The position numbers were made by a program, and so were the translations under genes. 64,000 bases of DNA from the human T2T-CHM13v2.0 reference genome, Homo sapiens, in assembly GCF_009914755.1 (NCBI RefSeq), contig NC_060930.1. One strand, written 5' to 3'. The notes beneath the pieces were generated by a model. That model saw nothing but the letters and a program-made list of their open reading frames with translations, had not been told where the DNA came from and did no database searches. This document shows positions 14,998 through 30,038 of this stretch, one piece after another. Within the stretch, counting starts at the first letter, position 1. Every line of letters begins with the position of its first letter.

Positions 14998-15942
14998 AAC
15001 TGCTGGCTTCACGGAGGTACAATCTGCGCAGTCATGGGGGGCCCTGCACTCAGAAGGGCTCTGTGCTGGGCTTAATGCTTGGCCAGGTCTGCCTTGAGTC
15101 TTAATACTATTTACCTTTGAACTTGTGTTTTGGAAGGACTACACAGCAGGAGCACAAAGCAGAGGAGAGGAGTTGATGATGCTGTGAGCGCAATATTCCA
15201 GTGCCCCTAGGATGCGCAGGTTAGCGGAACTCCAGGCCAGTAACAGGTCATCGTGTATGTCTATAACTGAGTCTGCAGGGAGGCCACACTTACCATGTGA
15301 GGTCTTGCTTCAAACGCAGAAAGAAGGCAATGACCTTGTGAATAACACCACAGACTAATGACCCTAGTCATACCTTTTCCTACTTATTTTATTTCCTATA
15401 TTAATCAGGCACTTATGCCAAAAGTAATGGCATAGAAAGATAGGGAAAGACAGGAAAAGCCATAGTTCCTTTCTTTCAGTTCTTCCTTATTCACCAATAA
15501 GCTGAAGGCAGCATCAAGAAGGCAGTATCGTTGCCACTATCAGGAAGTGAAATAAAAATCCTTGATTTAGTTTTGCACAGCATTTCTGCTGTTCTAATAA
15601 GGACAAAATGTATATGCGTGTATGAGCTGCAAAATATGAATTGTGTAATTTCAGTGTTTCTGCATAGGAATATAATACTCATATTTGTATTTAAAATTAT
15701 CATTGCACAATATGAAGATGAACACTAAAATTCAGCTAAAAATTTAGAATTAAAACTTTCTTTACTCAGAATGACCTTAAATAGCAAATAACAATGGTAA
15801 ATTATTAGAACAAAGGGAAAGAAAAGGTTTTGTATTTGTGTACCATTTAGAGTAGTTTTTCCTGTTTTGTGAACAAGGGACTCCATGTTTTCATTTTTCA
15901 ATACCTCCCCACGACCCTTGACAAATGAAGTCGCCAGCCCTG
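14998..15942 (+). mobile_element. MER45-family hAT-Tip100 element (about 0.95 kb)
   Basis: 5' GCTGGCTTCA...GGGCCCTGCACTCAGAAGGG and 3' GAAGTCGCCAGCCCTG termini. Confidence 0.65.
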
Positions 15943-16165
15943 GCTCCAGAATTTATGAGTGTGGGGTAAATCCCTGCATGCACCTGCACAGAGCCCAGGC
16001 TCCCCTCCTCACTTACACGCTTGTGGTCATTGTCCGTTTCTTTGTCTCTGGGTCCCAGCAGACCAGGAACACAGACCAGTCAGCCTGCTCAGTTCTCCAC
16101 TGTGCTTCCTGTGCTGAGCACAATCTGTGCATGGAGAAGACTTCTAAGTCCCTGGGAATAAGTGA

Positions 16166-16571
<406 letters not shown>

Positions 16572-16862
16572 TAACGCAAGGTTCTTATCTACAAGGCACT
16601 GAAGGCCCACATAAGGCTAGGATGGATGTGTATGTGAAGGAGAGGCAGGGAAACTGGGTTCTGGCTTTCTGGTTCGGGCAACTGGGTAGATGGAGTGTCT
16701 TTACCTGAGATATTGCCCGAAAAAGGGGTCAGGTTTGTGAGAGGAGACTTTGTCTTACAAAATTTGTAAGTTTTGTTTACCTGACTGTTACTTGAGGGCA
16801 TGTTATCAGCCTACAGCAAGAAGTCTTTTTGTATAAGAATTATGGATGAGCTATTTCAAGTC

Positions 16863-17178
<316 letters not shown>

Positions 17179-17359
17179 TTGAGCTATTCCAAGTCTTATT
17201 CCTATAAATATATTATATATGCTACCTCATTAAACTAATTAATAGTTGTTAATAGAGTAACATACATTTTCAGACTTGGGCTCAAATTTCATAGCTCACT
17301 TAGATCTTAGCTTAGGTTACAGTCTAAGCTGCTAGAAAAAACAGGCAGAGAGTGGGGGG

Positions 17360-17745
17360 CACCCAAAAATGTAGTAACTTCAGAAAGATAGCCATTTATT
17401 TACCTCTTATGTGTGGATCCAGATCTAGTCAGTCCCAATCTGGTAGAGTGGCTTTGCCATCATCAACAAGGATTTTTCATCTTTGGATCCAGGATGGCTT
17501 CTCCAATTCTCACCACTGCATCTGCTTCTTAGCCAGTGGAAAATATAAGCAGGCAAAGGCACAACCAAAAAGTGACATATGCTACTTCTGTTTAATCTCA
17601 TTGGCCAGGACATACTTACATGAACACATGTAGCTGGAGAGGCTAAAAAGTGGAGTCTTTGCTTGAATAATAAAACTAGGATCTTGAGTGACTCAGAGAA
17701 GAAAGGCAGAATGGATATTGGTAGATAGCCAGCAGTCTCTGCCAT
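17360..17745. mobile_element. MLT1-type MaLR LTR relic
   Basis: TCTCATTGGCCAGGAC...GGAGAGGCT...AATGGATATTGGTAGATAGCCAGCAGTCTCTGCCA. Confidence 0.55.
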
Positions 17746-17865
17746 ATATACCTATGGTAATATTCTGGCTTTCCCCAAATTGTACACATTATTATTTACT
17801 GGCTAGATCAGATATTATTCACTTCAGGAGACAGAAACCAGTCTAGATATTTTAAGAAGTACAGG

Positions 17866-18196
<331 letters not shown>

Positions 18197-19699
18197 TTAG
18201 GAGTTTATAAAATTGCCAGAAAGACCAAAGAAGAAGGCTCTAAACTGAGCCTCAAGAAATTATTCCCAGAGCACTACAGAACTGAGCCTCTAGTAGCAAT
18301 ACTACTTCTGTGCTACTGTAGAACTATGAAATTTATGAATAAATAGCAATAGCCAAATTCAGGGATAGGAGATTTAGGTCTGGAAGCCTCTGTGATCCTC
18401 ACAAATCCCCATCAAATCCCATAGAGCTGCTTATTGGGTACTGAAATATAGCCACCATCTCCACTGAAATTGCTTCCCAACACATAGGAAGCTGGAGATA
18501 AGTGTATGGAAGGATGCTACAGAAAATGTCACATTTCCATGACTGTGTTTGCCAGCATATACAGAACCAAGAAAAGGCATAAAACTTCTGCCTTCTCAAT
18601 TGTGTAAGTGTGCTTAATTTGCAGAACCAAATTCACATGGAACACTAGCTGCACAGAAGTCTGAAAATGTCATTGATAGTGCCACAGCCTTTATAGGACA
18701 AGAAAGCACAGTAGACGGAGGGTGGATTTGAAGATGAGATGGCCAATCTACCATTCCTATGGTAGATAGCAACATATATTCTAGAAAATAAATTGATTGT
18801 CTATGGACACAGCTAAGTCAAAACTCAATTAAAATTCTCACAGATGGATGACTGGCTGAATTTTATTTTACTCATTCAATTAGCCAGATTCTGCTTATGA
18901 GTCCTAAGTTTTCATCTTTGACATTGATCTCTTATCATCTCACATACCTGTAACTACCCATTTAAAAATATATATATATTTTATATCCACATGCCAAACT
19001 CACCATTGCCAGCTACTGGTGATCATTTCTAAGATCAATGTTATCTCCACTATTCCTAAACCTCTTCCCACTATCCACACTTTATCTACCAGTTCCCAAA
19101 GTAAAAGCAGCTCTGAAGTCATTCTTCACTGTTTCTTCTACTTCAACTCCCAAATCCAATCTATCACCAAGTGCTGTTGATTCTGCTTCCTGAATCTCTC
19201 TCCAATCTGTATGTGTCTTCTAATCCTACTGCCACTGTTTATATTTTATATATATTATACTATATTACATATATATTAGGATATACTAAACAAATAGTAA
19301 GTTATATCATTTGTGGATTCTTCATAATATTTCTTTGTTTTTATTTCATTCTGATGGCCAATGTACAATTTCACATTGATAGGCATGTTAATTTTTTAAT
19401 AGCTTTTGTGGTACAAGTGGTTTTTGGTTACATAGATGAATTGTATAGTGGTGAAGTCATATCAATAGACTTGTATATAACCAAGAAATGTTAAACTCAT
19501 GAAATAAAAATAAGGCCAGCCAGTTCTTCTGTAAAGATACAATTCTTTCAATACAAACATTTATTTCAAGAAACATATAATGCTATGAGAAAAAATAATA
19601 AAATTGAAAACCAAAAAATGCATACATAAATTAGTATACGGCACTATTTATAGTTTTATATTGCCAGTAATAATGAAGAGCTATTACATATTTCATTGC

Positions 19700-20110
19700 T
19701 TTTTTTGCATCTTTAAAGTGTTTCATTTGGTAAGTTTTGATATATGTATATACATGTGAAACTAATGCTCAATGAAGATAATGAATATACCCATCACCCC
19801 AAAAGTTTCCTGGAACCGTATTGTAATCTGTACTTCCCATTCCTCCCCACTCTTCCTTCACTGTCCCTTGTCAGCCACTCATCTGCTTTGTGTCACTATA
19901 GATTAGTTTGCATTTTCTAGTATTATATATAAGTGGAACATATAATATGTACTATTTGTCTTTCTTCTTTCATTCAGCATAATTATTTTGAGATTCATCC
20001 ATGTTGTGTGTGTATCAATAGTTCTTTCTTATGTATGGTTTAGTAGTATTCCATTGTATTGATATGCCACAAACTGTTCACCCATTGACTTTTAATGGAC
20101 ATTTGGCTAT
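19700..20110 (-). mobile_element. L1MB/MC 3' region
   Basis: TCATTCAGCATAATTATTTTGAGATTCATCCATGTTG motif. Confidence 0.75.
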
Positions 20111-20942
20111 TAAAACTATTACATTTTTCTGAGACAATTTTTCATGTACTAAATACTACTGAATTAATTTAAACAACATTTAATTAGTGTGTTTATAGAG
20201 TATAACTGAAAGTTCAAACCAGAATAGTTATAAAGCAGTATCAATTCATGCCCAACTTGACACTAGTAATAAATTTCAAGATTCATACCTTATCTGACTA
20301 GCACAAGTATTAGTGTTCAGATGAGAAATAGGTTTAAGGAAGCTTTGTGTAGTTAATGCTCAAAAACAAATGGTTATCTAGATTACTGGAGACCAAGATT
20401 ATACATTATATCAGAAGAATAAGACTTTATCCTGCAGATAATAGCACCATTGAAAATTTTTTAGCAAAGACAATGTAGTTGATAATCTTTTCTACTGTTC
20501 AGGGTTCTACCCCATCACAAGTTTTGGGAGAATATCCAATTACACCTTTCATTTCTGAAGCCACATTAGGAAGATTCCCCTTCTGCCAATCCCAGGCCAG
20601 CAAATACAGGCAAGTAATATAGCCTGAGTCAATCAGCTCCTACCACATGGAACTTTGTTAATAATCCAAGGGTTTATTATCTCACTACAGTAATGGGAAA
20701 AGCTTGCTATCTTCCCTTCTTACTGCTCCTGATCATATGTTACTACAGGCGTTTTTTTTTAACCACAAAAAGCATACATATCACCCCAGTCAAATGGCAA
20801 AAAGTAAATGGAATAGACAATGGGAAAGAAAGTATAAGATTAACACAATGATTATCAATCATTTAACACGTAAGCATGATAACCATTGCCACTGCCCTTC
20901 TAATTTATAAAAGCCATCTCACCTTAAGATTATACAAATTTT

Positions 20943-21271
<329 letters not shown>

Positions 21272-23509
21272 TTATTTTCCTAAGCTAGTTTTATAGCACT
21301 ATTTCTGGGGAGAATTCTTATTGATATATGAAAGTTTTTATTAAAATTTGATTGCCCACATAATATATTAAAAGGCAAAATAAATACAAGTAGCCATGCA
21401 ACTAATTTTTAATTCACTGTGAATTTCTAATAAGATTGCTAACCCTTAAAATTACTTTTCTTTAGGATATTTTTAAATGTAAAGAATTGCCAATAATGAT
21501 AAAGTTGAGAAATAAATTAACTCATAAAACTTCTCTGAAATATTAAAAATTCAAATTAGTCATAGAACCAAATGTTAAACTGAAAAAAATTTAAATGTTG
21601 TATAATAACAAATAATGGATATATGAAGAAATCTTCAGCAATACTGGTAATCAAAAATCTCAAGCTAGATCTATAAAATTAGAAGTTTTAGAGCATATAT
21701 GTATTTAGGGTTAAATAATATGGAATAAAATGATTACTCTTTTACAGTGCTGTTAGAAATGCAAATAAGCAAAATCTTCCTGTAAGGGAAGCTGGCAATA
21801 TGTACCAAGAATTTTTGATTCAGTAATTCTATTTCTAGGAATCTACTTCAAGGATCAGATATGCAGTTGATGATTAATTATAAAGATGTTTACAGACAGG
21901 TTATTTGTAACACTAAAAAAATGGAAACCTACATATTTCATAATAGGTTGAAGGTTAAATAAATTTGGTTCAGCCATATGCTGTTAATGTCAGCCACTAA
22001 AAAAAAAATTTCCTATGAATATTTAACAACATGGAAAATATTCACAACATTGTAAGTGAAAAAGCTTGAACCTAAAATAACATACCTTCATTGAATATAT
22101 ATTCATTGAATGTCATACTGTGCAATTTTATACATTATACAATTATGTGTAATGCATTGCATACCAAACAATACACACATGTGTGTATATATATGTGAAG
22201 TGTGTGTATATCATAATTATAAGTGGAAATTCCTTTGCCCACAATTGTGATATTAGTATAGATAATGCTGGACCCAACAAAATCGTAGTACGGGGATCAT
22301 GTAAGTGCATTAAATCCTCATGCATTATGAAGAAAGCCAACAGATTATATCTAAAGTAGACAGGTTGGTAAATAATGGCATAGTTGCATTATAATGAATT
22401 AATAAGAAAACTACCAAGACAATTAAAAATGAAACGTTTGAATATGGTTGCCTATGAGAAGTTGAAACTCCCGGGCAACCACAGCAAGAGAGGCAATGAA
22501 GCAGAGGCACTTCCTTTTGCTATAAGCCTAATACACTATTTTATTTTATTAATGTATATTTGTACTTTCATTTTATAAAGAGAATGCACTTTTAGAAGTT
22601 GGTAAAAGAAGCCCATAAAAAAATTCCTCTTTCCCACTCAAGGTCGAAAACTGAGATATAGAGATAGGAATCAGATAACTGGAGATAAAGTATCAACTTT
22701 ATTAAAAGTTTAATTGAAGGAAGTGACTTAGGTATGTGGCATGACAATCTTGCTAATATTTCACCACTACTTAGCCTTTACCCACCTAGTCACTTGCATA
22801 GCTATAAAATAGCAGGCCACCCCTATAAAGGGAGGCAGAGAGCAGAACAGAATCCATGCTTTCTGTACGTAGGCTAGATTTAAAAATCAAAAGGAAAACA
22901 AAGTTGAAACAAACATATTGTTTCTTCTTCCAGGGTCAGTGATCGTCTCTATAAAATCACTAACCATCTATTACTCAAACACATGCAGTAAAAGACATCT
23001 GCTTTGTGTTAGGTACTTTGCTATGTGCTATGGTAAGCCCAATGAACAATAAAATAGGTAAGACTGCTGTCCCTACGAACTCACAGTCTGGTAAGGGAGA
23101 CATGTTAACACATAAGGGAGACATATATACAAATAATTCAACAACATCCTGCATATAATTTTCAGTTCTAAGAATCTTTGTTTTGGGAGATCTTTCAGTT
23201 CAATTATTTTTTCATATAAAGATAGGAGTTTTGTTGATTTCCATTAACCTTGGTATGTAATACGTAACATCATCTCAGTGAAGTTGTAATAGTCTAATTT
23301 AAAGTATTCAGCTGTGCTATATTTAGCCCTTTACCACTTTCAATATGTTTTCCAGGCCAGTTTTTCCATACATGGATTTAAAATAGCCTTTGTGTTTTGT
23401 AATATTTAATATTTTAGTGGCAGTTTTCAAATTTATTCATATATTTTTCTAAACAATAAAATTGATTATATTCTTTCATTTCCCAGGTACTTTTCCTGTA
23501 GATACTAAC

Positions 23510-23691
23510 CGTGAATATTAGAATAACCCATTTTAAAGACATCAGAGCACTAAAAAAATTTGAATTGGAAGAAGTAATCTATGTAATAGAATTGGGCGAC
23601 TTGAGTTTTCTATCTGTAAAAGCTAAGTAATCTTTTTTCCAATACAGGTACAAAAACAATACTACTATAACCCAATAATGCTCACAACATT
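23510..23691 (-). other. Candidate exon (182 nt) of an unannotated or decayed gene
   Basis: Acceptor TTTTGTAATCTACCAG|AATG, donor ACG|GTTAGT; hydrophobic readings containing stops. Confidence 0.3.
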
Positions 23692-24559
23692 CTGGTAGAT
23701 TACAAAATTATAGTAAAATGTCAAAAGTATTGTTAGACTACCATCAATAAGCACTGAGTAATTTTTAAAACCTTCTTTTATCATTTGAAGAAGGTTATTT
23801 GCTATTAAGTAAGGTCAGCCATATAATATACATTTGTTATAACTAGAAACACCCTATAAAAAACATTTTACTGGATTCTTATGATATAAAAATGATTTGG
23901 CCTGTTAAATGTGACAGCTTGAACAAATGCATTTATTTCTGTTCCATTCAAAAACACCACTAAAATGATAAATACAAAAGACATAAACTCACAAGGACAA
24001 AGAGAATGTTAGAAATCACAGAGAATTTGGTTTGTTCAAGTGTGGAGACTGCAGGTTAGGGTTTACCTACTCGGACATAAGCTGATGAATCTGGGAAGAA
24101 TTTTTCAAAGTTGTGACAAGGATTTAGCTTGTCATCTCACCTCATCCTATTCAAGGAAGCATATTTTAGAAAGAATACTTATAGTACATGTATGTAAGGA
24201 TTTGCCTTAAGTCAAGCCATAACATACAAGAAGACAGAGTTCAGTGGAGGCCTTACATGTATTCTGAGTGTAGGCAGGCTTCTTTTTTACACCAAGAAAC
24301 AACCAAAGGAGATTATGCATCCTCCGAGTATGGGTAAAAATATATGCTAAAGTCAGGCCTTATCAGACATAGGCGGATATACTCAGAGGAAAAGCATTTG
24401 GTAAGGAATATAGACATAGGTTTAATGAAATGTCAAGGCAAACTAACCTAAAAGAGAAATGTTATTTGTTTGGGAAGAGAGAAATAAATTGGAAGATATA
24501 GCTCACCAAATGTAGGCAGCTTATACCCTACAGGAACTTAGCTATCCACGACTTTAAAA

Positions 24560-25200
24560 TACCAGGCCTACCGTAATGACTCCCATACTTTTATCTCCAG
24601 CCCCTAATGTTGCACCTGCACTGTACACTCCTATATGCAACTGCCACCTGGATATTTCCATTTGCTTAGATAATAGGACTTTTATCATTTAACATTTCCA
24701 AATTGAACTTTGGAATATGTGCTATCTCTTCTTCCTTCTGGAGTCTTCCCCATCTCAGTAAATGCCCTACCTCCATTTCCAGTTACTCAGGCTAAAACAC
24801 TGAAATCATTCTTGACTCCTCTCTTTCAGTCATGCATCATATCCAAGCTATCAGGAAATCCTGCCAGTTCCACTGTCAAGCATATCCAGAATCTGTCCAT
24901 TTCTTATCACATCCAGTGATCCACATTCCAGTCAAGCCACCATCTCACTTTCTGATTTCATCTACATCTAATCTTCCTCCTGCCTCCTCCAAGCCCTTCT
25001 AATCCGTAGAGACTTCCCTGCTATTCCTAAACACATTAAGCATTTTCTTACCTCAAAGCCTTTGAAGTTTTGATTTCCTCTGACTGGAATGCTCTTCCCT
25101 TTAGGTATTCATATGGCTTATTCACTCACTTCCTTTAGATTTCTGCCCAAATATCAGTAACATAAAGAGAGATCTTTACTGATCACCTAATATTAAAAAA
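24560..25200 (-). mobile_element. L2 relic
   Basis: TCTTCCCCATCTCAGTAAATG, TCATTCTTGACTCCTCTCTTTC and CTGGAATGCTCTTCC motifs. Confidence 0.7.
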
Positions 25201-25545
25201 TAAATAGCAAGACATCCTTTCCTGATCCTTTATCACAAAGTTTTCTATAATCTGATTATTTTCTGAGCAGTTAAAGAATCAAGCAAGAACTTTTCAACTC
25301 TCTTGTGAAAATTTTAATACTGATTTTTTACCTCACTTTGGTACTTACATGCCTTATTGGAAACTTAAAGTTTAACATCTTACCACATTTTTTAAAGTTA
25401 TGCTTTTCTCATTAGATGTTAGCTCCATCAAAGTAGCTAATCAGTTTTCATCAGTTTATTGCCAGCATCCATAATATTGCCTGGTACATACCTTTCTAGG
25501 GTATTTGTTGAATGAAAGAAAACAGAAGAGAGGTGAAGGAATTAC

Positions 25546-25789
25546 CTGTATGACAGTAAAAGGAAAGATCTGAATAGCAGACCTTGAAAGCAGTCATAAT
25601 GGAATAGAGGGTAAAATAGTTCTGGAATTTTTTCTACAAAATAAAAATGGAAATGATTGATCAACTGAAACATTTGGCCATATTGTGATGACTTGCTTGC
25701 AATTATCTTGGAGAGTTTGGAGAGAAGTAGTGATAGGATTATAGAAAAACAAAGCCAACAATAACAATACAACAAGGCAAATGTTGCTC
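25546..25789 (-). other. Candidate exon (244 nt, fully open frame)
   Basis: Acceptor TTTTGTTTTTCTAG|G, donor CAG|GTAATT; stop-free frame GATFALLYCYCWLCFSIILSLLL...FRSFLLLSY. Confidence 0.45.
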
Positions 25790-26058
25790 CTAGAAAAACA
25801 AAACATTGTACAGAAAAGTAACTATAACTGTAGCATACTATGTGGCTCACCATTGAGCAGTATTTCCATATCACAAAAATAAAAGCGATGAATATGACTT
25901 ATTAAAAATCATGATATAACTACATAAGCAGAATGAAGAGGGAACATATGTGTTATAGTACTACATCTTTATCTTCTATATTAGAAAGTCAATATATGCT
26001 TGAAATTGAAAAAATCAAGGAATACCAGTATATATGTAGTATTTAAAAATACAGAGGT

Positions 26059-26226
26059 GGCCAGGCATGGTGGCTCATGCCTATAATCCCAACACTTTGG
26101 GAGGCTGAGGTGGGAGGATAGCTTGAGTCCAGGAGTCAGCCTGGGCAACATAATGAGACTCAAGTCTCTAACAATATATATTTTTAAATTTTATATATAC
26201 ATATATATTTTTTAAATAAAATAAAA
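26059..26226 (+). mobile_element. FLAM
   Basis: Alu left-type monomer; TSD AAAATACAGAG. Confidence 0.85.
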
Positions 26227-28606
26227 ATACAGAGGCAAATGAAAGAAGAAAAAAATTAAGTATTGTTATTGCTTACCTCTAATTAAAATTACATTCCATG
26301 GGTGGGGAGAGGTACGGCCGAGGATTAGGGCTTGTTGATTAGAAACCTTGCACTGTTTGCTCTTTTAAACTATATGCATATATTACTTTTAAAAATAAAA
26401 ATTATACTTAAATACATTTTTTTGTATTATGAAGTGACAACAAGTAATGATATAAAAAGATGACATAAAATTCAGATCCTCTGTAGGACCAGAATCTACA
26501 CCATGTTTATCAAAGAGGAAACCCTCAAAGCACTTTCAATGAAATTCAATGCCAAGTAGAGTTCAAAATTTCTTTTGTCAAAGCTGTATTTAATGTCTTT
26601 TCTTTTATAATAATCTTTCTTTTACTTTTCTTCATCTTTGTACCTTCAAAAATTGTACTCCTAACCAACAAGTTGTTTAGTGTTGCCTGTTTTTGACTTT
26701 CTATAAATGAATCCCTATTTATACAAATGAGGGTCTTCCATGACTTGCTCCATTTGCTCATATATATTGATACATTTGTGCGATTCATCCAAGACAATAT
26801 GTAGCTGCCATTACTTCTGTTTTGCCGCTGTACACTATTCAAATATTTGCCTGTACTAAAATTTTTGTTCAATTCACTTTTGGTTGACATGAGTTGTTTA
26901 CATATTTTTGCCATTACAAACAAAACTACTAGATCACATAGGATTGGAATTGCTTCTTGTATATTCATTTTAAATCCAGTAACATTATTTTTTCTTAATT
27001 CTATTTGTAAACTTTTTACTATTATATGTCTATTCATATCTTCTGCAAATAATGACAATTTTTTTTTCCCCCAGTCCTTTATTTTCCTGTCTTACTCTGC
27101 TGGACCTCTACTACACATTGAGCCTGAGGGTTGGATTGTAATTCATATTCTCAGCTATGTTAGCTATGTGTTTTCACCCTTCCCAGGACAGCCATTATGT
27201 CCAAGAATGTTGATTATCCTTGTTTCCTTGGGGAGTAAAGTGAGGAGGGAAGGTCTGATTTTGGCTCACCCTTACATAGCCATTTGACATCCCACTTTTA
27301 TGGGGGAGGAATGTCCTCCTATTAGACTCCTTATCTTAGATATATGCCTTGAATTTGTTTCTTGTTCCAATACCCTGTGAGGCCATCGAGAAATGTGGTT
27401 AGGAAGGAAGCCAGTTCCATTTCTCCACTTACCTTTCTGAGTTCCTGACTTCGCTTAGATAACAGACCTAAGATTTTCTTAGTTTACTGTCAGTTCATTG
27501 ATACATTTAAGAAAATATTATTAAATATATTTTACCAGAAATGTTCTCTTGTTTTTATCAGAGAATTAAGGTAGGCATCTAGCCTGCCATGTGGTCAGAA
27601 ACGGGCAAATGAATTTTAGAACTAAAAAAGAAAAAAAAAACAGACTAAACTTCTGATTCTTCAGACAAGGTGCAATAACTAGTTTACATGTGCTCTTTGA
27701 AGTAAGGCCAGTTTTCTAAGCCATTTTGAAATCCTTTTTCAATGACAATGCTAAGGTTCTTTTGTTTGTTTGTTTTTGTTTTGGTTGTTGTTGTTTTGTT
27801 TTGTTGTTTGCCTCTTCCAACAAAAGCCATATACTATGTATTCCACAACAGAAGGGAGGAAAAGAAACAGTGCATTGATTGCACCCTGAGGTCATTTTTT
27901 TTTTCTAATGAAAACACATTATTCCAGAAAAAATATCTCCATGCCAACACATGTTAAACCAGTGAGTTGCACATCAAGTTTTGAAAAAAAACCCTACACA
28001 AAGTTCTTCACAATTGGTTGACATTTCTTAAAAATAACAGTAATGTTTCAGCATTCCTCAGAGATCACATTATTCTTTTATAGTCCATTTGAGTTACTTC
28101 TGCATGCCACATCAAAAACCAATAATGTCTTCAGAAACAGTGCCAAATAAACAGAGTTAAGATTACTCAAATAAATAATGTTAATCTTAAAAATTTTTGC
28201 TATTTTTTTAGAACAAAAAAGGGCATTCATAAAATTTTATGTCTGATTTAATTTGTTTACTCTGTGGGTGTGGCCCTTCGTTATTTATTTGTGTTGCTAT
28301 TCAATTCAACATTTGCAGAACAAAATGACAGGAATTTTGAGTCCCATGTTATTGCATGGATTGCAACTAAAATTGTCAGATTTGACTCATATTCAAAGGA
28401 GAAAATCAGTCACTAAAATAAGTAGTATCAATGAGATTTTTAACTGTAAAATAAATTGCTAAAAAATTATTTATTGTTTGAAATTCAACAACATCTGTCA
28501 GTTTTCAGAAGCAAGACTCCTTTTTTTACCCATAATATCTAGAACTAACTGTGGCATATGGGAGAAGCTAAATACTCATGAAATGAGTAATAGTATTAAG
28601 GAATAT

Positions 28607-28994
28607 TAAATTAGTAGGTTTTCACACTGCTAAAGAACTGTCTGAGACTGGGTAATTTAAAAAGGAAAGAGGTTGAATTGACTCACAGTTCCACATGGCT
28701 AGGGAGGTCTCAGAAAACTTACAATCATGGTGGAAGGTGAAGGGGAAGCAAGCTTGGACCTTTTCACATGGCAGCAGGGAGAGAAGAGCAAGCAGGGGAA
28801 ATACCAGATGCCTATAAAACCATCAGATCTCATGAGAATTCACTCACTATCACAAGAACAGCATTGGGGAAACCTCCCCCCGCCACCCTGCCCCATAGAA
28901 TCGCCTCCCACTGGGTCCCTCCCTTGACATGTGAGGATTATGGGGATTACAATTCAAGATGAGATTTGGGTGGAGACACAGTCAAACCATATCA
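28607..28994. mobile_element. THE1/MST solo LTR (MaLR)
   Basis: GAGACTGGGTAATTT...ACTTACAATCATGG...TATAAAACCATCAGATCTC...CAAACCATATCA; near-TSD AATAT/GATAT. Confidence 0.9.
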
Positions 28995-29099
28995 GATATG
29001 AAATAGAATTCTTCATTTGTATCAGAAAGGGAATTACAGAGAGAAGAGAAGCTTTGGGGTCCCACATATCTGGGGTTGCATTTCAGCAATATTGCTTAT

Positions 29100-29250
29100 T
29101 AACTCCTTGGCACTAACAAGTGAGCATCAGATTCCTAATCTGCAAAAGGAGAGTCAAATGCCTAACTCACAGGGTTGTTGTGGGTATTAAATGAGATGGT
29201 GCATAAGCAGTTAGCATAGTGTCTGGCAAAGAATGGTTATTCAGTAACAG
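29100..29250. mobile_element. MIR fragment
   Basis: ACTCACAGGGTTGTTGTGGGTATTAAATGAGAT. Confidence 0.7.
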
Positions 29251-29442
29251 CTATTTTGCTCCACTCCCCACCCACTTTTTCAAACATGATTTTAAAATGA
29301 CCTCTTTTACTACTGACATTGAATATGTTGCCTATATCTGATTTCCATTATGGTAACTTTTCTTCTTTATGACAGCACTCCTTTCGTAGTCCATCAGATC
29401 TTCTTTAGTTTCTAGCCAAGTGATAAAATATTTTTATTAAAA

Positions 29443-29546
29443 GTGTTCACTTCAGCAGCATATATACTAAAATTGGAATGATATGGAGAAGAGTAGCATG
29501 GCTCTTGCACAAGGAAGTCATGCAAGTTTGTGAAGTATTCCATTTT
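29443..29546 (+). pseudogene. U6 snRNA processed pseudogene
   Basis: GTGTTCACTTCAGCAGCATATATACTAAAATTGGAATGATATGGAGAAGAGTAGCATGGC...GTGAAGTATTCCATTTT aligns to full-length U6 with CpG decay; A-rich tail to about 29590. Confidence 0.95.
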
Positions 29547-29751
29547 AAAAAATAAAAAAGTAATAAAAATAAATAAAAAGAAGGAGAAAGGTGTACAGGA
29601 CTCCCATTTTATTCACTAATTTCGTCACTGATCATGGCATCTTCAGTGAACATGCATTTGAACATAAATGGAATTCATACTGATCCTTGTCATAATTACA
29701 TTCTTTATCACCTTAATGGTCATTGGTAATGATAGTATTCGGGTGTGGGGC

Positions 29752-30038
29752 TTTTTTTTTGAGACAGGGTCTCACTCTGTTGTCCAGGCTGCAGTGCAAT
29801 GGTATGATTACAGCTCACTACAGCCTTGACTCTCAGGCTCAAGTGATCCTCCCACCTTAGTCTCCCAAATAGCTAGGACAGCGGGCATTCACCACCGACC
29901 CAGCTAATTTTTTAATTTTCGTAGAAATGGGATGTCACTATACTACCCAGGCTGGCCTTGAACTCCTGAGCTCAAGTGATCCTCCTGCCTGGCTTCCCGA
30001 AGTGCTAGGATTACAGGCATGAGCCACCGCACGTGGCC
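29752..30038 (-). mobile_element. Alu (AluJ)
   Basis: Diverged reverse Alu. Confidence 0.9.

Noticed and set aside
26546-27287. 170-aa and 146-aa ORFs
   Set aside because: The 170-aa ORF begins with L1-like SLFAEDM and lies in degraded antisense L1M sequence; the other is its opposite strand.
27810-28130. Stop-poor minus-strand frame (TLLVFDVACRS...YGFCWKRQ) after a possible acceptor
   Set aside because: No donor found, five stops, and not needed for phase continuity of the flanking candidate exons; left unassigned.
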